From positions 21,046 through 85,045 of the forward strand of contig CAZITF010000001.1 of the NCBI GenBank assembly GCA_964542095.1: a DNA stretch of 64,000 nucleotides, read 5' to 3'. This DNA is from an uncultured Rhodobacterales bacterium. Its GTDB lineage: Bacteria > Pseudomonadota > Alphaproteobacteria > Rhodobacterales > Rhodobacteraceae. This document shows positions 58,167 through 64,000 of the stretch, one piece after another. A program made the position numbers and the translations under genes. Within the stretch, counting starts at the first letter, position 1; each line of letters opens with the position of its first letter. The notes beneath the pieces are model-generated. The model did not search any database. It was given only the letters and a program-made list of their open reading frames with translations, and was not told where the DNA came from.

Positions 58167-59276
58167 ATGGAACTTGGCTTTTTCACCATGCCGATTCACC
58201 CGCTGGAAAAGGATTGGCGGCTTTCTCTGGCCGAGGATCGCGAGGCATTTCTGCTTGCGGACGAATTGGGCTTTGTCGAGGCCTATGTCGGCGAGCATGT
58301 CACCGACAAGGCCGAGAACATCACCAATTGCATGATGTTCATCGCGTCGCTTGCCGCGGCGGTCAAGAAAATGCGGCTGGGCACCGGAACGGTGAACATG
58401 CCGAATATCCACCCCGCCAAGGTGGCCGCCGACATCGCCATGCTCGATCACATGCTGGACGGCAGGTTCAATTTCGGAATTTCGCCGGGCGGTCTGGCCA
58501 CGGACGCCGAGGTCTTCGGCAATCTCGACAAGGACCGCAATGCGATGTTCCTGGAAGGCATCAACACCGTGCTGAAGATATGGGAAAGCGAAGCGCCCTA
58601 CGCGATTGACACCGAACATTTCGGGCGGATCACCACCGAAAAGGCGCAGATGACCGAGATCGGGCAGGGGATCATGCCCAAACCGCTACAGCAGCCCCAT
58701 CCGCCCATCGTTGTCACCGCAGTTGCGCCCTTTTCCAAGGGCGTGACAGAGGCCGCGGCACGGGGTTGGGATCCGATCAGCGCCAATTTCCTGATGCCGC
58801 AATGGGTGGCCTCGCATTGGCCCAAATATGTCGAAGGGTGCGAACGGGCGGGTCGCCCCGCAGAACTGGCGAACTGGCGCGTGGCCAAGTCGGTGTTCGT
58901 CGCCGATGATCTGGACACGGCGCGCGCCTACGCGACAGACCCCGACAGCCCCTATATCTACTATTACAAGCAGCTCTACACCAAGCTGAAGAAACATGGC
59001 CGCATCAACCTGTTCAAGGAACACAGGGACCAGCCCGATGACGAGGTGACACTGGAACATGTGTGCAATCGTCTGATCATCTGGGGTACGCCGGACAAGG
59101 TCGCGGACGAGCTTTTGGCGCTGCGCGAGGAAACCGGCGCGTTCGGAACCCTGCTTTACGCGGGCAAGGACTGGGCCGATCCCGAGTTGGCGCGCCGCTC
59201 CATGGTCTTGTTGGCCGAAAAGGTGAAACCGGCGATCGACAGTGCCGAGGCATCCAAGACACAGGCCGCCGAATGA
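58167..59276 (+). CDS. Luciferase-like (LLM) flavin-dependent monooxygenase
   Basis: FTMPIHP, ADELGF..GEH, RLGTG, AMLDHMLDGRFNFGI, PLQQPHPP. Confidence 0.9.
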   Translation: MELGFFTMPIHPLEKDWRLSLAEDREAFLLADELGFVEAYVGEHVTDKAENITNCMMFIASLAAAVKKMRLGTGTVNMPNIHPAKVAADIAMLDHMLDGRFNFGISPGGLATDAEVFGNLDKDRNAMFLEGINTVLKIWESEAPYAIDTEHFGRITTEKAQMTEIGQGIMPKPLQQPHPPIVVTAVAPFSKGVTEAAARGWDPISANFLMPQWVASHWPKYVEGCERAGRPAELANWRVAKSVFVADDLDTARAYATDPDSPYIYYYKQLYTKLKKHGRINLFKEHRDQPDDEVTLEHVCNRLIIWGTPDKVADELLALREETGAFGTLLYAGKDWADPELARRSMVLLAEKVKPAIDSAEASKTQAAE

Positions 59277-60067
59277 GCGGTCGCGTCACGCTGGCCTCGG
59301 GCGTCACCCTGAACACTGCGGTTGACGGAGAGGCGGGAAAACCCTGGATCGTGCTGTCAAATTCGCTGGGCGCCAATCTGTCCATGTGGGATCCACAGAT
59401 CGCGACCCTGAGCAGGGCGTACCGGGTGCTGCGCTATGACACGCGCGGCCATGGGGCGAGCGATGCACCCGCAGGGCCATATGCGTTTGCCGATCTGGTC
59501 GGAGATGTCATCGGCCTGATGGATGCGCAAGAGATCGGCACAGCGGCCTTTATGGGGCTGTCGATGGGCGGAATGACGGGCCTTGGGCTTGCACTGGAGC
59601 ATGCCGACCGGATATCGCGCGTCGTGTGCGCTGATGGACGTGCCGATGCGCCTGAACCGTTTCGCGCGATGTGGGATCAACGCATGTCTGCGGTGTCAGA
59701 AAACGGCATGGAGGGCATCGTGGATGGAACGCTGGCCACGTGGTTTACGCAGAACTGGCGTGACGACAACCCCGAGGGTCTGGCCTCGATCCGCTCCATG
59801 GTTCTGGGCAATGATCCGGCGGGCTACATCGCCTGTTGCGAGGCGCTCAAGCGCCTGAATTACCTGCGCCATCTGGGCGAGGTGACAATCCCGGTGCTGT
59901 ACGTCGGCGGCAGCGAGGACAAGGGCGCCGCACCGGAAGTGATGCGGGCCATGGCAGCGGCGACGCCGGGTGCCGAATTTCATGAAGTGCCGGACGCGGC
60001 CCATGTGGCCAATATCAACCAGCCGGAAGCCTTCAACCGGGCCATCGCGGGGTTTCTCGGGCTTTGA
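59273..60067 (+). CDS. Alpha/beta hydrolase, 3-oxoadipate enol-lactonase (PcaD)-like
   Basis: LSNSLG..MWDPQ, RYDTRGHG, GLSMGG, AAHVANI. Confidence 0.85.
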   Translation: MSGRVTLASGVTLNTAVDGEAGKPWIVLSNSLGANLSMWDPQIATLSRAYRVLRYDTRGHGASDAPAGPYAFADLVGDVIGLMDAQEIGTAAFMGLSMGGMTGLGLALEHADRISRVVCADGRADAPEPFRAMWDQRMSAVSENGMEGIVDGTLATWFTQNWRDDNPEGLASIRSMVLGNDPAGYIACCEALKRLNYLRHLGEVTIPVLYVGGSEDKGAAPEVMRAMAAATPGAEFHEVPDAAHVANINQPEAFNRAIAGFLGL

Positions 60068-60085
60068 GGCGCCGGCATCTGGCCT

Positions 60086-60952
60086 TCACTGCCGTTTCTG
60101 CCGGTAAACCTCAAAGACCGAGGCGGTGTCATGGGTTTGTGGCAGCAGCGCAGAGGCGGTTTGATAAAGTGCGTCGACCGCGTCGAACAGCGGTACCTTC
60201 AACCCGAGCCTGCGCAGATCGTCGCCGATCACCGACAAATCCTTTTCGAACATCTTCAGGCTGGCCGTGGGTGGACTGTAATTGCCCGACATCATCAGCG
60301 GCATCCTGAGATCGGACATCTTGGACTGGCCCGCGCCGGTAGACAGCATGTCGTAGGTGGTCGCGCGGTCGAGCCCGAGCGCATCTGAATAGGCCAGCGT
60401 TTCCGCCGCCGCCGCGTTGTGCAACGCGACGGCATGGTTGGCGACGAATTTCAGGCGGGTGCCCATGCCGAAATCGCCCGCCTCGATCACCTTCTTGGTA
60501 AAATGCGCCATGAAGGGGAGCGCCCGTGCAAGGGCCTCGCCGTCGCCGGACGCCATCATCAGGATATCGCCGTTTCTGGCCTGTGCGCCGGTGCCGCTGA
60601 CCGGGCAATCGAGCAGGTGAATGCTCCGCTCGGCCAGCGTCCGATGGGCGGCCAGCTTGTCGTCGAGGCGAAATGTGCCCGTTTCCAGCACAACCTGACC
60701 GGGGTGCAACAAGGTGGCGAGTTGTGCGCACAGGTCCAGCATGACCCTTGGCGACAGCAGCGCCAGAATGACGAGGTCACATTCGGCAAGCCAAGACCCC
60801 GGAGCCTCATGGGCCGTGCCGCCCAGTTCTTGCAGACGCAGGCGCGCCTCTGGCGCCGGATCGACACCCGAAACCGAAACCCCCGCCTTGATCAGATTTC
60901 CGGCATAGGCCGAGCCCATGATGCCCAACCCTATTATTCCGACATGTGCCAT
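60086..60952 (-). CDS. Beta-hydroxyacid dehydrogenase family NAD(P)-dependent oxidoreductase
   Basis: GIIGLGIMG, DCPVSG, LKFVAN, KDL. Confidence 0.88.
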   Translation of the reverse strand: MAHVGIIGLGIMGSAYAGNLIKAGVSVSGVDPAPEARLRLQELGGTAHEAPGSWLAECDLVILALLSPRVMLDLCAQLATLLHPGQVVLETGTFRLDDKLAAHRTLAERSIHLLDCPVSGTGAQARNGDILMMASGDGEALARALPFMAHFTKKVIEAGDFGMGTRLKFVANHAVALHNAAAAETLAYSDALGLDRATTYDMLSTGAGQSKMSDLRMPLMMSGNYSPPTASLKMFEKDLSVIGDDLRRLGLKVPLFDAVDALYQTASALLPQTHDTASVFEVYRQKRQ

Positions 60953-60955
60953 CGT

Positions 60956-61837
60956 TCAAAGCCTCAGTTGATAGGCGGCAGGCACCCACCGAAAGGCCCT
61001 GTCCGCCCGTTCCACATAACCGACACCGGGGAAGGGCATGTGATGTCCGACCACAAGCGTGCCCTTGTCCGCCACGTCTGCCAGCACGCGGTTGCGCGTG
61101 GCGATGGCCGTTTCCTTGTCGTCGTCAAAGCCGACCTTGCTGTCCGGATGCCCGACGGAAAACACATAGTGGTTCGCGACGTCCGCCCACATCAGAACCT
61201 GTTTTCCGTCGCTTTTGACGCGGACCATCATGTGCCCCGGCGAATGCCCGTGGGCCGCTTCGGCAAAGACGCCGCCAGTGATCTGGTCACCATCCTGGAG
61301 AAAGCGGAAACGGTCTTTCAGCGGGGCCACGAGTTTCAGGAACAGCGCGCGGTTTTCGGCACGTTGCGGCGGGATATCTGCCCCCGACATCCAGGCGTCG
61401 AATTCGCGCTGGCCGATCATCAACTGGGCGTTCGGAAAGGCCAGCGCGTCGCCTTCCCACAACCCGCCGATATGGTCCGGATGCGCGTGGGTGAGAACGA
61501 CAATGTCGATGTCCTCGGGGGCGTATCCGGCCTCTGCCAGACGGGCACGCAACAATCCCGCTCCGGCGTCCCGGCGCAACGGGCCAAAGCCGGTATCGAT
61601 CAGAACAAGCGCCTCCCCGGTGTTTACGACAACCGGGACAAAGTTGTTTTCCAACTGGTCCGTCGGCAGGTTCGCCGCGCGCGCGATTGCAGCCACCTCG
61701 TCGTCGCTTTCTTGCAGCAGAAACGGCGGGCTGATCCCCATCGCAAAGGCCCCGTCGAGGATCGAGCTGATTTCGAATTCGCCAAGTACGAACCGGTGGA
61801 CGGGCGCGCGCAGCGGACCTTTCAATTCGGCAGTCAT
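60956..61837 (-). CDS. Metallo-beta-lactamase fold hydrolase
   Basis: LIDTG, THAHPDHIGG, GHSPGH, HMPFPG. Confidence 0.9.
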   Translation of the reverse strand: MTAELKGPLRAPVHRFVLGEFEISSILDGAFAMGISPPFLLQESDDEVAAIARAANLPTDQLENNFVPVVVNTGEALVLIDTGFGPLRRDAGAGLLRARLAEAGYAPEDIDIVVLTHAHPDHIGGLWEGDALAFPNAQLMIGQREFDAWMSGADIPPQRAENRALFLKLVAPLKDRFRFLQDGDQITGGVFAEAAHGHSPGHMMVRVKSDGKQVLMWADVANHYVFSVGHPDSKVGFDDDKETAIATRNRVLADVADKGTLVVGHHMPFPGVGYVERADRAFRWVPAAYQLRL

Positions 61838-61867
61838 CTCTGTGTCTCCTTCACATGGCGGCAGGCA

Positions 61868-62737
61868 TTATTTGTCTGCAAGTCTGTCCAATGCCGGGTA
61901 AAGGCGTGTGAAATCTTCCTCTTCCATGCCTGCTTCGACCGCGGCTTCGATCCATGCCAATGTCTGGTGGCCAAGCCGCATCGGGCTTCCCAACTCCTTT
62001 GCGAGCGCCACTGCCATGCCCACATCCTTGCGCAGGTTGTAGATGCGTGAGCGCCCGTCCCAGGTGCCCGACAGGATGTGATCGGGAAAACGGCGTTCCG
62101 AGATGAAGCTGCGCGCGTTGCCCGCGTTGAACACCTTGATCATGTCCGCAAGGTCGATCCCGGCGGCCTCCGCCAGCCGTCCGGCTTCCGAACAGGCCAG
62201 GAAATTCGTGTGGGTGATCAGGTTGTGTACGACCTTCATGGTGTGCCCGGCACCTGAAGGGCCGAGATGAATCAGCTTGCCCGCGCAGGCCTCAAGCACC
62301 GGTCTTGAGCGTTCCAGAACCTCGCCGTCGCCGCCGATCATCAGGGTCATCGTTCCGTCATCCGCTCCCTTTGCACCGCCCCCGGTCATGCCCGCATCCA
62401 TGTAAGGCACTCCGGCCGCGGCAGCGCGGCTCGCGAGCTTCTTGGTGTAGACCGGATCGGAGGTGGTGAAATCCCACAGGATCAGTTCCTTGCGCGCCTG
62501 CACCAGCATCTTATCCAGCATCCCATCGATCTGCTCGGATCCCGGCACCACAAAGATCACCACATCCGCCTCGGCCGCCATATCGGCCGGGGCGCTGATA
62601 CGGGCAATGCCGGCCTGCGCCGCGCGCGCAGCTTCGGACATGTCCCAGGCAAGCAATTCGTGGCCCGCCCCGGCAATGTTTTTGGCGATCCCGCGCCCCA
62701 TGTTGCCCAGTCCGATCACACCGACGGTCTTGGTCAT
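61868..62737 (-). CDS. Beta-hydroxyacid dehydrogenase family NAD(P)-dependent oxidoreductase
   Basis: GVIGLGNMG, DAGMTGG, MKVVHN, KDV. Confidence 0.88.
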   Translation of the reverse strand: MTKTVGVIGLGNMGRGIAKNIAGAGHELLAWDMSEAARAAQAGIARISAPADMAAEADVVIFVVPGSEQIDGMLDKMLVQARKELILWDFTTSDPVYTKKLASRAAAAGVPYMDAGMTGGGAKGADDGTMTLMIGGDGEVLERSRPVLEACAGKLIHLGPSGAGHTMKVVHNLITHTNFLACSEAGRLAEAAGIDLADMIKVFNAGNARSFISERRFPDHILSGTWDGRSRIYNLRKDVGMAVALAKELGSPMRLGHQTLAWIEAAVEAGMEEEDFTRLYPALDRLADK

Positions 62738-62816
62738 TCTGCACTCCTGTTTTCGGTTGGGTGCCGCAGGGATTGCGGCTGGCTACTGGCCGGGGTGGTG
62801 CGTGGGTCAATTTCGC

Positions 62817-62830
62817 ATTGGTTGACCAAT
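62817..62830. promoter_or_regulatory. FadR/GntR-type operator palindrome
   Basis: ATTGGT-TG-ACCAAT in a divergent promoter. Confidence 0.55.
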
Positions 62831-62965
62831 TTGCCCATGAAAACAAGGCGTTTACTGCCGCGCCCACTTGCAGTGAGCCTCTCTTATCGGTAGGCTCAAG
62901 TCAAGTTGCTGACCAGAAATTGTGCAGGCGCTGACAGCCTGTCTTCGGTGCCGAGGGAGTCCCTG

Positions 62966-63682
62966 ATGTTCGAAAAAATGCCTCACATCAAGGAAGAGGT
63001 TTACCTGGAATTCCTTGGTCGCACGGTCAATATCCACTGGAACTATCATGCCATCCTGATGGTCACGATCTGGCTGGTACTGGTGCCGCTCTGCATCACC
63101 ATCATCCGCTACGGCAAGCCGCGCCCGACATTGAAGGGATTGCAGCGTCAGGTGCATGCCAAGCACATCGAATGGTGGTGGTTCACGACGCACAAATACG
63201 GTCTGTCCCTTGCCGTGCTGTTGTCGCTGGCCGGGGTCGGCGTGGCCCTGGTGGTCAGCCAGGGGTTCAGCGGGTCGGTGCATTCGATCCTTGGTGCCAT
63301 GACGGTCGCGTTGGGGATCATCCAGCTGCTGTTCGGGATGCTGCGGGGCACCCATGGCGGCAAGTACTACAAGTTCAATGAAAACAATGATCCTTCGACC
63401 TGGCACGGCGATCACTACAGTCGGACCACACGGCGCCGTATTTTCGAGGCCTATCACAAGACGGCCGGCTACTTCACTCTGTTCTGCGCGGTGGGCGCAA
63501 TCGGCTCTGGCCTTATGCAATATCCAATGCCCATCCTCGCCCGGATCGTCTTTGTCATCCCGTTCCTGTTCCTTGCCTTCTGGGTCGTGATGGAATTCCT
63601 TGAGCGTCGCTATGACGGCTATCGCGCGGTCCACGGTTACGGCATGGAGCATCCGTACAACAAGGAACGGGAGTTTCTCTGA
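62966..63682 (+). CDS. Cytochrome b561 domain membrane protein
   Basis: Four spaced His in TM segments (YHAILM, WFTTHK, SVHSILG, AYHKTAG). Confidence 0.75.
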   Translation: MFEKMPHIKEEVYLEFLGRTVNIHWNYHAILMVTIWLVLVPLCITIIRYGKPRPTLKGLQRQVHAKHIEWWWFTTHKYGLSLAVLLSLAGVGVALVVSQGFSGSVHSILGAMTVALGIIQLLFGMLRGTHGGKYYKFNENNDPSTWHGDHYSRTTRRRIFEAYHKTAGYFTLFCAVGAIGSGLMQYPMPILARIVFVIPFLFLAFWVVMEFLERRYDGYRAVHGYGMEHPYNKEREFL

Positions 63683-64000
63683 TGGCCGATGTCTTGATCA
63701 GCGAGTTCATGGACAGGGGGGTGGCCGAGGGGCTGATTGCCGATTTCGACACCCACTGGGATCCCGACCTGTGGAGCAAGCGGGACGAGCTGAAAGCCCG
63801 GATCGCCAGCGCCAAGGCCATTGTCGTGCGCAATGGCACATTGGTGGACGTCGACCTTCTGGATGCGGCCCCCAACCTGAAGGTCGTGGCGCGCATGGGC
63901 GTGGGGCTGGACACCATCGATGTCGCGGCCTGCAAGGCGCGCGGAATCGAGGTTTGCCCGTCGATTGGTGCCAACGCTGTTTCGGTCGCGGAATACGTGA
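63682..64000 (+). CDS. D-2-hydroxyacid dehydrogenase family protein, 5' part (runs off the window)
   Basis: Translated by hand: MADVLISEFMD..AIVVRNGT..LDAAPNLKVVARMGVGLDTIDVAACKARGI..GANAVSVAEY; TGATG coupling to the upstream gene. Confidence 0.85.
   Translation, partial: MADVLISEFMDRGVAEGLIADFDTHWDPDLWSKRDELKARIASAKAIVVRNGTLVDVDLLDAAPNLKVVARMGVGLDTIDVAACKARGIEVCPSIGANAVSVAEYV

Noticed and set aside
1-64000. CRISPR arrays, tRNA/rRNA, prophage, long tandem repeats
   Set aside because: None seen by eye; short or degenerate elements could have been missed without computation

Overview
High-GC alphaproteobacterial DNA; gene content and style suggest Rhodobacteraceae/Roseobacteraceae, possibly a chromid or accessory region. 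I saw no rRNA, tRNA, CRISPR array, intact transposase or integrase. Five blocks. (1) 1-16.5 kb: a low-oxygen island with eight FNR/FixK-type boxes (TTGA-N6-TCAA), a FixL-type hybrid kinase, USP, M50 protease-CBS, VIT1, phasin, MacAB-like ABC exporter, Crp/Fnr-DUF2892-YeeE/YedE, cytochrome c and phaC-(MaoC/pta)-ackA. (2) 16.5-25.3 kb: eroded gene relics, a ChrR-like cupin, polyol dehydrogenase, MarR and a xanthine-dehydrogenase-family Mo-hydroxylase with a MoaD/ThiS protein. (3) 25.4-31.7 kb: a divergent envelope module, OmpA + membrane Ser/Thr kinase + decayed caspase gene on one side, and a secreted caspase-family protease + two coiled-coil lipoproteins on the other. This is the best candidate for an undescribed system. 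(4) 31.8-42.7 kb: tctED/tctC/tctA(B), a PrpF-family isomerase and tcuR-tcuAB (tricarballylate/aconitate use). (5) 43-64 kb: an orphan catabolic cluster, probably for an N-heterocycle (FAD monooxygenase, cyclase, second Mo-hydroxylase, PuuE-like hydrolase, split TRAP transporter, LLM monooxygenase), linked by five copies of a TTAT(C/A)-N4-G(A/C)TAA palindrome next to a TetR gene. All calls come from reading motifs by eye; no database searches were run.
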